Source of the DNA: Bugula neritina
Lineage: Eukaryota > Animalia > Bryozoa
DNA length: 64,000 bases
Reading direction: 5' to 3'
Assembly (NCBI GenBank): GCA_964035545.1
Contig: OZ037766.1
Location: forward strand, 13,940,722-14,004,721
This document shows, piece after piece, positions 42,901 to 55,870 of this stretch. How positions within the stretch are numbered: the stretch's first letter is position 1; each line of letters starts with the position of its first letter. The position numbers were made by a program, and so were the translations under genes. A model generated the notes under the pieces. That model had not been told where the DNA came from. It saw only the letters and a program-made list of their open reading frames with translations, and searched no databases.

Positions 42901-45900
42901 ATAGACTAGAATGACATTCTAAGAGCTGTTTTTAATAATAGACACCCTGTTTATTGTGACGTTGAATATATTCAAAACTTAGTTCATTTTCTTAGTGTTT
43001 ATGCTGTTCCCAGTTAGTGTTCAAGAGTTACCTCCACATGAATAATTCTTGGTGCTATAAAGGTACAAATACAACTACTGACAACATAGTAAGTGTATGG
43101 CATAACATACCTGAAGAAGAGGCTGCATTGATGGAGCGGGACTGGTCCAACCTCTTGAGAATAGCCTGTGCATCTTGTGTAAGAGACTCAACTGCGGACG
43201 TCTGAATGTTCTCCCTCAACTGGCTGTGGTACTGCAGCATGGTTTTAGCTGAGCTGATGTTTCCACCTACATCCGAGCGTCTTAGTGACCCCATCAACTC
43301 GTCAAACTCTTTCAACAGACCCACCGCATTATCCGTGAACTCTTCTAGCATCTGTACAATGGATGATCAGAATAGACTCGTAACACTTCCTCAATAGAGA
43401 ATGTTAGCTGATGTATTTCTCTAACTTAGAAGATAGTTTAGTGAGTATAGCATTGAGTTGTAGAGGCTAGGCAATTTTACCATATTCCCTAACAAGGAAA
43501 TTACGGTAATATTACATAAAAGCTAAAATTTCCCAAGTAAAGTAGTATGAACATTTATTAGGCAGTAGAAAAACTCAGGTAGATAATACCCACCATCCGG
43601 CTGGTTAGCCAATTAAGGTGGTCAAATTGCATTTTCCCATTAAGATCAGTAACCAGCTGTGAAGGGTCAACGTGTTTCTGCAGCCCATCCAATGATAACA
43701 TCACAGTCTACAAAGTAGAGGAAGATATCAGAACACTACCAAGTCATAACCATTGTAGGAAAGGCAGGTGCAAACTTAGTAGAAATGCAGCCTGATGCGG
43801 CAGTAAAACAAATATATTTCAAACATCAACACCAAACTTCTAATTGTATAACCACACAACTGGAAACCTGAGCTGGCTCAACATTTTCTTCGTAAATTCG
43901 ATTTCTTAACAATCTATTGATGTAGATCTAATGACAACAATAAATGTTTGAACTGATAACATTTATTGAAGACATGAATAGTAAAAATATATACAGCTCA
44001 CAAAAAGTGCAGAAGAGCAAACTATACAATACATGAGACGATATCCTGGACAACTTAGCTTCACGTCAAGTAAAGATTTACATACATTCAGCAAAAACAA
44101 TTCAAAAGTAAAAAAAATTTTGTTACACAAACTTTAAAAGTACTGAGTTGGCAGTCCATAGAATTCCGAGTCCACACATGGTTTAATTACTAATTCAACC
44201 ATAGGCTGAGGCTGGCATTGCTCATACTATACTACACTATACTACACTATACTACACTACACTACACTATACTATACTACACTATACTATACTACACTCT
44301 ACTATACTACACTACACTATACTACACTACACTACACTATACTACACTACGCTATACTACACTACACTATACTACACTACACTATACTATACTATATTAT
44401 ACTACACTATACTATACTACACTACACTATACTACACTACGCTATACTACACTACACTATACTACACTACACTATACTATACTATATTATACTACACTAT
44501 ACTACACTATACTACACTATACTATATTATACTACACTATACTACACTATACTACACTACACTATACTATACTATATTATACTACACTATATTACACTAT
44601 ACTACACTATACTATACTATACTATATTATACTACACTATACTACACTATACTATACCATGCTACACTATATTAATAAAGTCTCATACTGTCTTGTGATA
44701 ATAATTATTATTGGCCAACAACATGATACACATATTTTTACTATAGATTTATACAACTATTAAAGCATAGCTGTTTTATTTTCTATTGGGTTACACACCA
44801 AAGAAAGTTGAGTTGCAGACAAAATTTTATGTTTGGCTGAATGGTGTACAGTGCAGCATTGAGCTAATATATTGATCAGACAAAGGCATGACTTGAATTT
44901 ACTTTTCTTAGTGTTTTTCCAGCATTTTCCATGCATGTTAATAATTTTGCTTGCATAAATTTTATTTAATGAGTTTAGAGGTTAAATGCAACAATTGAAA
45001 TCTTGTTTTTTTACAGCGAAGAACTATTTACTGCTGGTAAGATAACTCTAAAATGACCCGAATAGGCATGCAGTGTCCTGCTGGCAATAAATTAATTGAA
45101 TTGTGTGCAGAGTTCATTAACACATTACTTAGCACATGATATTGAAGCAAAACAGTAGTACCCTGTAGCAGTTACTTCATAGCTGTGATTACTGCTAATT
45201 GATTAACAATGGTTCAGCAATAACCACAATTACACCATATAGCTATCAATTATATCATTTACTTACAAGAAAAGAAGAATAAAATATTAATATTTGCAGA
45301 TACTGACCTCAAAAGTATATTTAGAAGATCCTACATTTGTCTTGTGCTTCTCCCAGAATTTCTCCGGTTTAATAATGAATACTATGTGGACCAGGTCTGG
45401 ACACACCTCCTACAGTACAAAGACTTCTATTGTAAAGCATGGATAAGTTAGGTATAGAAACTGAAGTTAGAGATCAATTGCCAGTTACGTATGTTTAGTA
45501 AAAATACGTAACATACAAGAGATGAGCTATGAGTAAATTTTCAACAAAATTTCATTAACTTTAAAGGAGAGTGTAGAAAAAATAGGTTTTTAAAACTGAA
45601 ATACTTGGGTGCTGAAATAATTGATGATTAGTGAAACACTAGTGTCCAGATTGTTCTATTATGAGTTCACACAAATCAATCCAAGAATACAGTTTATATT
45701 GAAAGTCACCCTGAAGAGAAAAGACGTAGTAAGTGCCTATTTGTTTTTAGTCAAATGTTATACAAAACAAATACTTCTCCCTAAAACCTCAAAATGCAAG
45801 AGAAATTAGCTTGATACAAAAGTGGGGTTTAATCAATACCTGAAGACCCTTCAGTGCGGGCTTTACATTATCCCACTTAGATCTCCGCATGTCAAGAACC

Positions 45901-47643
45901 ACAGTGAATCCATGTTTTATATTCTCAGGGCTAAAAGAGAAACAAATGTTGGAATAAGTTTAACAAACATCTTAGAGATTAGGGAGAAATGGATGGAGTA
46001 AAAAGTAATAAAAATATTAATACTTCAAAGTTTCACAGTTTCCTACAGCCTACATTCTAGAATATATTAAACAAATGCATACAATACAAGTGTGCATAAA
46101 GTGAACACACTGCATCTAACAAACCAAATGTAAAAATACACACATGTTATAAGCTTGGTAATTATACTCATATGTACTATAAGAGTAGAGTGGGCCTAAC
46201 CCTCAAAACTAATACTTGGAATATATTGACATAGGTTCTTTATGTGGTATTCTCTGTTACTCTAATGTTGTATATAATACAATGTGAAGTAACATAAAAT
46301 GGAGCAATCAGCAACAGCATGGATTATAAATAGAGTAAGCCATTCTATACTCTACCCAGTCGAACAGCAAACACAATTACTGTACATGCCTAGCTAGTAT
46401 AGCAAATGGCATCCACTGGTGAATCATGACTAAGAAATAACAATTATTGACCTTCAGAATAACAGTGATTGACTTTAGGAAGCATGTAATGCATGTAACT
46501 TTGTTTGCCTATGACTAGTGAAATTATTTATACTATTATTCATAACTAGCATAATAAAACTTTTACAATTCATGTGGAAAGAAATGCTGTGCACTCATAC
46601 CTTGGCACCTGGCTCAGGTAAGCAATGACTCGCACCAAGTCTTCATACTTCAGCTTATCTGGACTTTCATGGCAGGGAAATGTGAGAATAGGTCTGTCTT
46701 GGCGATCCACACCACCTACACCACAATACGTCAATGTCTATGATCCATGCAGTTTGCATAATGATGGCACAATGTATGAAGTGCACAATACTCAGAACAC
46801 ATAGTAGAAGGTTATGTACCTCAGGTTTGTCAATTCAAATTCAATCAGTGTAGCATACACTCAGCCCATTCTAGATATGAAGACAAAAGAATTAACCCTT
46901 CCAACATAAGGCATTTATTTATTCATTCAAATTCCTTTGAATGTCTAGCCAGTTTCACTATTCTTTTGAGCAAATCAGTTAAAATAATTACATATTAGAT
47001 TAATCACATTTGTTGGGACAGGTGTGTTTGAGAGCTAAAGTTTATGAATTAAAATTATTCAACACTGTGTAGTGTGATAATAGCCAAGATTTGCTCTTAC
47101 ATTTTATAGAGATTGACACTTGTGGAAGTCCAAATTTCAATTTAACATCTCATATTAACATTGTATAATAAACCAAACACTGACCATAGCATTTCACATC
47201 CAAAGCAGCATTGGTGTTTCTGCACACTTATATTATCTTATTTTACTTATTGTTGGATAAAATAGCAGCTGTGGCGTACTGAAAGTACATTTTTTGAGTC
47301 GAGTAGATCACTTTTTTGTTATAAGAACCATATAAAGTGGCACAAAAAATGTTACAGAAAATCTACCAACGTTTAAACTTCATTAATCATTTTTGCTTAA
47401 AATTTTTGATTGACATTTATTGCTTGGATAAGCCCATTTCCAAATTGCATGCAAATTCAACTCCCAGATTAAAGAATTCAAATTCTAGACTCGATTTAAC
47501 CAAAGCACTCGACTCCTTTACGAGCAGAAGTTAAGAATTTGTGAGACATATAAAACCTGGGTGTTATTTGTTATGTCTGGGTGCTTACCTGACCAAAAGG
47601 CAATTCTATTTTGGAGCAAATGCGAAATCTCAGCTGCCTTCAT
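3909..47643 (-). CDS. TRIO: Trio/Kalirin/UNC-73-family Rho GEF (Sec14/CRAL-TRIO, spectrin repeats, DH1-PH1), 33 coding exons, 1599 aa
   Basis: Coding exons (5'->3'): 47589-47643, 46601-46715, 45840-45930, 45308-45409, 43594-43707, 43111-43351, 42299-42453, 41647-41769, 41172-41363, 40790-40921, 39642-39872, 38780-38902, 38065-38256, 36300-36469, 35085-35137, 33598-33713, 26331-26492, 19507-19686, 17901-18020, 16508-16699, 15910-16050, 15206-15320, 14802-14917, 9495-9620, 8223-8500, 7622-7801, 6997-7156, 6273-6407, 5974-6051, 5007-5186, 4737-4841, 4311-4483, 3909-4062. All introns are GT-AG and phase-consistent; total 4800 nt. Recognisable Trio/Kalirin motifs: [117 protein letters not shown]. 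Confidence 0.93.
10768..12519 (-). CDS. Candidate alternative first coding exon of the Trio-like gene (584 codons, Ser/Pro-rich, disordered) splicing to exon 9495-9620
   Basis: A 1.8-kb stop-free ORF in an AT-rich intron, same strand as the host. ATG at 12519 follows in-frame TGA TGA. Phase-0 donor CAG|gtgggt after ...IQELCAQ matches the phase-0 acceptor of VIEWIREV. Confidence 0.72.
12660..12840 (-). promoter_or_regulatory. Putative internal promoter upstream of the 584-codon exon
   Basis: Three CCAAT boxes on the minus strand (ATTGG at 12680, 12714, 12830), a TTACGTGA bZIP-like site near 12665 and TATAAA near 12825. Motif evidence only. Confidence 0.3.
18068..18182. repeat. Compound minisatellite of 10-bp modules (tattacaata / caggaatata / tattactata)
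   Basis: Direct reading; about 11 modules. Confidence 0.9.
22131..22283 (-). CDS. Candidate short alternative first coding exon of the Trio-like gene (51 codons)
   Basis: [51 protein letters not shown] ends at a phase-0 donor CAG|gtactg, in frame with exon 19507-19686. More GC-rich than the flanking intron. Confidence 0.5.
23590..25254 (-). CDS. Candidate alternative first (or giant cassette) coding exon of the Trio-like gene (555 codons, Ser/basic-rich, disordered) splicing to exon 19507-19686
   Basis: A 1.8-kb stop-free intronic ORF on the host strand. Strong phase-0 donor GGG|gtaagt at 23590/23589 after ...SNSVKG. In-frame TAG 15 nt upstream of the ATG. Confidence 0.72.
26524..27240. repeat. 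21-bp minisatellite (atatacactcatactactata and variants), ~34 copies
   Basis: Direct reading; it explains the spurious (MSVYYSS)n ORF. Confidence 0.95.
31200..31620 (+). mobile_element. Possible highly decayed 3' end of an RNase H/CCHC-type LINE (I/Loa-like)
   Basis: Frameshifted remnants resembling the C-terminal Cys-His motif ([15 protein letters not shown]) preceded by a GHC-like motif; locally higher GC. Confidence 0.3.
39885..40230. repeat. 34-bp minisatellite (cagacaccatactcccactcagtaaccaggtgta), ~10 near-identical copies
   Basis: Direct reading; head-to-tail with no spacers. Confidence 0.95.
41859..42083. repeat. Local direct duplication (~55-70 bp; aatacttaaaattcaaggatgtgtaatataacatttgaagcta...) at ~41860 and ~42013
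   Basis: Two near-identical copies ~153 bp apart; one has a ~25-bp indel before tcagtgattagtatag. Confidence 0.85.
44225..44670. repeat. Pentanucleotide satellite (ACTAT/ACTAC/ATTAT)n, ~89 units
   Basis: Direct reading; it explains the spurious YTTLH ORF. Confidence 0.95.
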
Positions 47644-50600
47644 ATTACCATCAAATTATATCATTCTACCCTGAAAAATCACAGTCAAAAATGTGGTTAT
47701 TTTATGCATGAGATAATAGTTCTTTCTTGGGTTAGTGTCAAAAAAGACATCAAATACTAACTACTGAAGAGACAGCAGTGAGTGTGACAGTGAAGAGTAT
47801 GTAGACCATAACTTACTGCCCCATCAAGCTATGATGACTAAGAAATATTGTACAATAATATATCGACAAGGATATATTACATCAGAAGAAATCAATCATA
47901 ATTAGATTAAGCTATAACTAGAGACAATTAACCCACACTTGTATCGAACAGCCAAGTGTATAGGAGAATATTTTTGTACCTGACAGCAGATGTCAATGCA
48001 CTATGAATATACTTTGGAATGGGATATGCTGCAGTGAGGGGAGATGTAATGTGGCAATAAAGCTGACCAGACCAGATATAATTAAAGAGGCTCTATAAGG
48101 CATTCAGTAGAACTAATCAAACTGACCATACAAATCACTTAAACTACAGAAATAAAAAGCCATTAAACTTTTTTTTCCGTTGGCAGCCAACATATACATC
48201 CAACTGCAGTTGCAACTTGACTTTTTTGTCAATTATAACCTAACGAATAAAACTATCAAAGAACCATTTAACAACTAATTTAAATATTTCAATATTCAAT
48301 ATTTTTCAATAAGATACATCACACTAATTTGTAACTTCAAATGCAACAAAAAGGATACAGACTTTGCGAAAGCAAACCTGAGAATTATATTAAAAAGTAT
48401 CATAAGAAAACGCACACAAAAATTAGCATGCATTTTCTTGACACATCTATTATTTATGCAAAGCAACAGCTGAAATCTTGACACCAATGTTTGTGACTTG
48501 ACCGCCAATTAAACTAGTCAGATTAAGCCTAGCACTGTGTTCACTCAACTATCAAATTTCAGTAACAAATCTGCAGATTTGAATTATACTCAAGAACAAT
48601 AATCCATGCATTGCATTTGAGGATTAGGAATTGAACTTAATTTTCATCAGGTACTAAAAAAATAATTTGAGAATTTATATACAGCAAAGCTCTAGAGTCT
48701 AGTGACTTCAAACATGGTTCATTCAAACCATTCAACAGTGCCCCACATTACAAATTGTTAGTTTAATTCAAACCACCCATCATCATGGTGTAGCCTAAAA
48801 GTTAAAAAGTATGCAATAACATATGACATCATTTCATTTGTTCTTGTGTAACCTAAAACTCTAGTAAAATGAGATGACTACCTCATACACAGCAATGAGC
48901 CTAGGTATCAGAAAAAAAGCATTAAATTGTTTCCAAAGCAAATAACTTCTCAAAGAAAACATAAACTCCTCCATCATATTGAACAGTGGGAGAACTGAAT
49001 GCAGTTTATTATACACATACATCCTAGTTTACAGTGTACACCTTATATTATTTAACAGCATAAATTGAACTATTGAATATTTTGTAAAACATAAATTGAA
49101 TAATTGACTTGCTAGGTATTGGTGAGAATTTGCCACTTGAACCTATTTCGTATCTTATAATTATGCATCATCTGTAGCAAACTTGCCTATTTGAGCAGCA
49201 TTAGCAGTAGTATTTTAATAAGTATATAATCTTATAAATAACTGCTAGTATTTTATATAAAATTTAACTACTACCCTATATATAATACTGTTATTTGAAA
49301 CAGATGAAGCTCTAATTGACATAAATAAGTAACACTCTATATAATGTATATATATACATCTATAAAATAAACTAATTGTGAGCAATAAGTACAAATATAT
49401 ATAAAAATTGCATGTTGTATTATACATATTATGATGTTTATCAAGTTTAAATAACATTAGAATGCTGCATAGGGCTTCGTAGTCTATAATCAAATCATTC
49501 TATTTTATACTCGACTTTATCCAACTTATATTTACACAGGGCCCAATGACATCATAGAAACTTAACACAGCCTACATAAAAACAAAAATCAATTGTTATA
49601 TATGCCAAGTAAGCTGCAACTTTAGAGTGCAAGTAGTAATTGTATTGTAGCACCTATGAGTTTCTCCTATTTAGCCCTATTATTATCAATAGAATGTAAC
49701 AACCATATTTATCGCAATAACATGTTCTTAATATATATGTAAATTGTTATGCTTAACTTTTTGTAGTTATGTTTAGCAATTTGATGCAGTAACAATGGTA
49801 ACTATGAGATCATTAACTAAATGCTTATGAATTACTAACATAGATACACATGCAGAAGCTCAAAAAATTGTTTATTCACTTACTAACAAACTAAATTTAT
49901 ATTCAAGCTAAAACTCAACAAAAAGGAGAAACTAGTATAACTAAAGCAGCCAAGTCATACTAGTACAGTTAGTTTTAACTTTATTTTCAAATAAAGATTT
50001 AAATTTGAATTTATCAATTTAGCTATGGTCCAAATTTAAACTCTACTATTTTAATTGTATAGCGTCTTTATAACACAGTAGCCATATCCATTGGATGTAG
50101 TGAAAAACTAAAATAGTTGAGCAATTACTTAAAAATAGAATATTGGCAACTCTTACTCAAAAACCAAAAGGAATAGATTAATAATAATTCATTTTGAATG
50201 TTAGAATTAGTATCATTATTAGTATGCATTTATCTATAAAAACTCTTTGCAATGATAAACAATATTAAGTTCTTAAAATTAAACTAAATATCAGAGTTTA
50301 AAATTACAATGCAAGGCCTAGAGTGTAAATACCAACAGAAATATTAATATACACATGATTATAAATATCAAATATGAAAATCAATAATAGTAATTATAGT
50401 AAAAAAAAAACCAAAATTTTTAATTTGTGTTAATACATATATACATGCAATAATGGCTATTTATATTTACTGGTTACAAACCAATAGCAAAGTCATAACC
50501 TAAATTTTGAAAAATGAATACTAGCTATAAAACAACAAATGCAAAGCGAATGCTACTTTCAATTCTGTAAGACTCTAGTCAACATCAAAGTGAGAGTCAG

Positions 50601-52155
50601 AGTGAAAACTTAGGTTTATAAATGAATGGGTCATCCAAAAATTAAAGGGCAAAACACAGAAAGCTCTAGCAATGCAAGTAAAACTCATATTTCTGCTAAC
50701 ACTTCCTACTTATATTAATATTAAATTGACTGTAATTTAAAATTTTATGTTCAAGTTTTCTTTTTTAAGTTTCTAGCTCAAACAAGTTATCAATTAATTT
50801 TTTATGGTTAGTAGCTTTCAGCTATAGCACTTGTACTGTCCATGTAGTTATGATGTCAGTATTTCATTACTGTTGCATTAATTATGCTGATCAGACTTAG
50901 TGGCAGTGCAAGAGTAAAGTGAAAGTATTAGTGTCTTAGTTTAATAGGCTCTATGATACAACATAAAACTGTGACTTTCAAAGTGACTTTAACCTTTAAT
51001 TTAAATCAATAAATGTTGTTAACTATAAGTTTGCTATACTCCTTAACTTGCTTCAAAAGTTGGACTTAACCTTAGTGTCACTCACAATAAAAATCTAAGT
51101 CATATTCACTGTCAAACTGACTATCAAGATCATTTCACAGTTTATTATGAGTCTAACATCTAAGTTCCTTGTTGCTGGGTACAGAGTTGGTATTACTAAT
51201 CGTAATACTAAGAGCCAGTGCGAGTACCACAGTATTAGTATAAGTTACAATGAATGTCACGCTATGAGTGCCAATATGAGTGTTACTCTAACTTAGTACC
51301 TTACTTACAAACTTAGCTTTAAGCTTAGATTTCTTTTAAGCTCTAGAGTCTAGACTCTAGTGCGTAATGGTATTGGAATTCACAACTAAATACTAATAGT
51401 AATAGTAATACTGTGAGATTGTGAATAAATTCTAGGGATAAGTTATAAATATAACGATAGTCTATCACTATAACAGTATTGATAAGTATAATTATAATGA
51501 TAATCATGATCATAATCATAATGATTTAAGTAACCAATACAATCAATAATAATTGACCTATCAGTATGATTATGATAAACAAAACTATTCTGATTATAAT
51601 AATAATAATCCATGGCCAAAGGCGTAAAATTAAGATATGATCAATAAAATAAAAACAATTTAAGGTAAACTAAAATTTAAACCCATATCAAACTAAAACT
51701 AAAAGTCAAAATAAATGACCAATAATTTATAAAACTAAAAAGTAAAGGGCAAAAGCTTAATGTCAAAGTGCAGAAACTAGAGTCACTACTCACTAAAGTG
51801 CATCAGTATGAGTATGACTATGAGTATCACTATCTAATTTTATTAGAGTATTACTAATACTAATACTAATAGTAATAGTATTACTAATAACAAATATAAT
51901 TAGTATTACTATTAGTACATTAATATAAATTTGGATAACTAATTAACTTCAAGTACAATTATTTATATTACAACAAAATTACATTTACATTTAGTTTTAC
52001 TGATTTAGTGATTAATGGAACTAATCTGTCGTCTGAATATCATATTCATATTGATAATCATAATGACCAGCATTTAATTAGATGAGAAATTCTAAATTAA
52101 TGCTAAAAGACTCTAATCACAATGGCTAGTTATTTAGTTTTACTGACTAACTTAC

Positions 52156-52710
52156 CAATCCGCATACTATTATTACTTATTAGAGCCATGGAGACTAATC
52201 ACTAATGATATTAAAGTAGCAAATAGAGTTCTCCCTCTTACTTGTATACTTATAGACCGAGGTTGAATAGGAAGGAAAAGTCGGGTTTGCTTTGTTCTCG
52301 TGACAAAGAAGATCGGTTGGAATACTAACGATGTCACTAACGGCATTTTTACCAAGTGTTTTATAATGTTAAACATTGCTCTATTTGCAAGTTGTTCAAA
52401 AATTGTAGTATAATATACTTTATGATTGATATTTATATAAGAACTTTATTTTTATTTTTTCAAGTTTTTAGACAAACCTTCTGAGTTTTGATAAAACTTG
52501 CTTTGCAGTTTTATTGATGGTAGGATAACTCATAGAGCTAAAAAAATTATCTGTTTTGGCGCCGCTAAGTTCATTACCCATTTTGTTGTGATGTGTTTCA
52601 AAACCTTGGTGCTTTTTTAGTAAGTTCAATTTCATGCTGCAGTGATCAACATGCTGGTACTGTGATATTCGCATTCACTTTAATTTACAGTTATTGAAAT
52701 CGCATAGGAT
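52156..52710. promoter_or_regulatory. Probable bidirectional promoter shared by the Trio-like gene (non-coding exon 1, minus) and LSM5 (plus)
   Basis: The Trio start-codon exon has an acceptor (tttcag at 47671), so an upstream exon is required. Candidate minus-strand donors: TTG|gtaagt (52155) and CAA|gtaaga (52241). CpG-containing patches at 52250-52350 and 52550-52740. LSM5 ATG at 52711. Confidence 0.5.
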
Positions 52711-55366
52711 ATGGCGGCCACATTATCTTCTCCAACGCAACTTTTACCTTTAGGTGAGTTTAAGAACTCTACTACTAGTACTAGTACCTGTACTACTACT
52801 AAATCTACGACTACTGCTAGTACTAGTAGTTGTATTGGTATTACTAAATTACTAGTGTCTAGTACTCCTAGTACTCCTAGTAGTAATAGTACTTCACTAC
52901 TACTAATAGTACTACTAGTAGATTAGTGCTAGTAGTAGTACTACTATTAGTACTACTAGCATTACATTTATTTAAGATTTGGATTTCTTTTTTAGTTGTT
53001 GGCTTTTACTTTTAGTTTTACTTTTAGTTTTAGTTATTTTGATTTTAAAATTCAAATTGATTTACAAGTTTGAATTAATGTTAAAGGATTAAGTTTAACT
53101 TTTACTTTAGTTCATAACTTTAATTTTTAAGTTTAGCATTTTACTCTTTAGTCTTTACTTTTAGTCTTTGAGTTGAAGATTAACTTATAGTTATAGTTAT
53201 TCTGATGAACCCAGTCTCATGAGTCGTGAGCATGACTCAGGGCTCAGAAGTTACTGTAATTCTTATAGTTATACTTAAACTAATACTTATTAGTTATTAG
53301 CTTCTCCAATATAAATAATAATCTAGAATATACTATTGTATTAGAAAATCCTATAGTATAAGTATTAGTATAATACATTAACTATAAGTATAACTATTCA
53401 ATAGTATAACTATATAGTTATAGTTATATTATAGTCATGCTCAGACCTGTATGATACTGGAGTAGCTAATAATCATATCATCATTCATACTGAAGTAGCT
53501 AATGAGTCATCATCGTGAGTATATGCTATAGTATATAATAATGGTATATTAATATACTTACAGACTCTACAACCAGCAATCACCAAACTTTTGAGTTTGA
53601 CTACAACAAAAAGTTAATTTACTAGAAGGACAGAACATTACATGGCATGGTGTGCTGGTTGCAGTTAGTAGCTTTTTCCTTGATTTCGACAATGGGGAAA
53701 ACTGCAAGGCAGAGCTTGTTTTTGTTAGAGTAAAAGATTGCATTGTTGGGTGCTCTTATCCACCGACTGAAAGACTTGACGACACTGAAGGCATCAACAT
53801 CCTTGAATTTTACAGTAAATAAGTATTCACACCACAAACTCATTCTTGTAGTTGGCATGAATATGCCAGGGATAGATTAGAATCAAATGCTACCAGGACA
53901 CTGCATACAAGATGAATTATTGCAACTGGACTTTGTCAACATTTTTGCAGTGATGAACAGGCACCAGCTGAGTGCTGAACCAACCCATATATATGGGAAT
54001 ACTCTAGATTTAATTTGCACCACTACTCCAAAGACAATCAGTTACAATGCAGTGTTCTTAAGACTAATCGATCATGCAATCATTCAATTAACACATTTGT
54101 TGTGACTTGACACCCATAACTCATAACTTTTCATGGTAATGTTGATCAGGAATAACTACATAATTTTCATAGATTTGTATTGATCCTAATCAGCTAATAT
54201 ACTTCTGTGAAACAAGGTTGATACATCAACTAGAAAATGATCAACAATGTTGTCAGAATGCTACTTAGAATATATGTAAAGTTCTGTATATTTTCAATTC
54301 CACTCATCCTTAAACCTTGTTCAGAGACCCTACAATTATTTTAAATGTATATGCCAATTGCTATTATTTTTCATGGGAATTCTGTTTGCTAAAAAATTAC
54401 AATTTGTAAAAGCATATAGCAATATACAATCGTTAGACACATCGTTATGCCTATTCAGAGGGTAAACAACTCTTAATACTGCAGCAGAAAGTCGTATCAT
54501 TTTAATAAAACTTCTATGCAAATTATATATGTCATAGTCTACAAAGGTTTTGAATGACATGTGTAGCATTTATAACTTTTTGTGTTGTAGAGCTTGTAGA
54601 CAAATGTATTGGGTCACGTATCCATATAATCATGAGGAATGACAAAGAAGTTGTGGGCACATTATTAGGGTTTGATGACTATGTTAATATGGTCCTCGAA
54701 GATGTTACAGAGTTGTAAGTACATGTACCATTATTGATTCTTTGGAAATTTCATCTCATATTTATACAAAAGCTAGCTAATAAATGTTAAGAAGAGCAAA
54801 AGATATTTAAAGAAATCCAGAATCTGAAAATCTCTGGTTCTTTCTGCTAGAGCCTCAAATTGTTTTCTTTAAAAAGTGGGGCTATCTGTGTCTTATAAGT
54901 GTTAACTACCAAGTTATTGTATTCTAAATTAACCCTTAAATCTGTTCTATTGCTTACTTTTTTATTGCACATTATAAGCTTTATAGTATAGATCTACTAT
55001 GTATTTATTTGGTGTAGTGAAAGTACAGCAGAAGGCAGGCGAGTAACAAAACTCGACCAGATTTTATTAAATGGGAACAACATAACTATGGTATGTTTTC
55101 TAATGAAATCAGTTTTTCCTAGTTTGATACTGTTGTTTATGTGTTGTATCTTTATTTATTCACAAACAAATCTTCAACTGAAATTGTAAACTTTGATTTT
55201 TTTGAATCAGTTTCTTTTCAATCATATTGAACTTTCCAATGCTTGGCATTATATTCTGTATTTTCATGGTGCTGTGATTTATGCTAAATAATTTATATAT
55301 TTTATTTAAATCCTTTATTGCATTTTGTTGCAGTTGGTGCCGGGAGGTGAAGGACCTGAAAGTTAA
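52711..55366 (+). CDS. LSM5: U6 snRNA-associated Sm-like protein LSm5, 4 exons, 90 aa
   Basis: Exons 52711-52753, 54591-54714, 55018-55090, 55334-55366 give [90 protein letters not shown], nearly identical to known LSm5. Confidence 0.97.
53560..54110 (+). mobile_element. Decayed non-LTR retrotransposon (CR1/L2/Jockey-like) AP-endonuclease fragment in LSM5 intron 1
   Basis: Motifs in the correct order across stops and frameshifts: [42 protein letters not shown] (GDFNxPxIDW), [23 protein letters not shown] (SDH). Confidence 0.75.
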
Positions 55367-55870
55367 TAGTGTTCAGTTACTACCAGTGTATATAAAATGT
55401 ACATTAAAACTGTTTTGCATAACTATTGATATTCCAGTTACAGTTTCACATCATTGTTTAAAAAGCTAGTGCAAAACTCTATTGAATTGTCAATAATTTG
55501 TATTAAATGAAATTCAGTAGTATTTTTCTCATGTTATGTGCAATATGCGTGTTAAATGTGGGGTTTACTTTCAAATAAAAATATTTGAATAAACTGAAAA
55601 GTAGAGCATATATGTTAGAATTGTGTGTAAAATATAATATTTATGACAAACAAAAGTACAAATTGATAGTTTGAAATAATTTTATAAAAATCAGTAGCAA
55701 AAATTTTGGCTGTAATTTATTCAGGAATTTATTTGTGGAAATATACAAAATCTATCTTTATCAAAGAATTACCACCTCACAAAACCAGGCATAAAATAAT
55801 GAATAATAACATGTAGATAATTTAATGATTTAAAAATTCAGAGAGCTAATAAATTATTAGTTGATCATGT

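Noticed and set aside
44218-44763. 181-aa Tyr/Thr/Leu/His ORF
   Set aside because: Artefact of the pentanucleotide satellite.
52754-52926. Thr/Ser-rich continuation of the LSM5 exon-1 ORF
   Set aside because: Read-through into low-complexity intron 1 past the consensus donor G|gtgagt.
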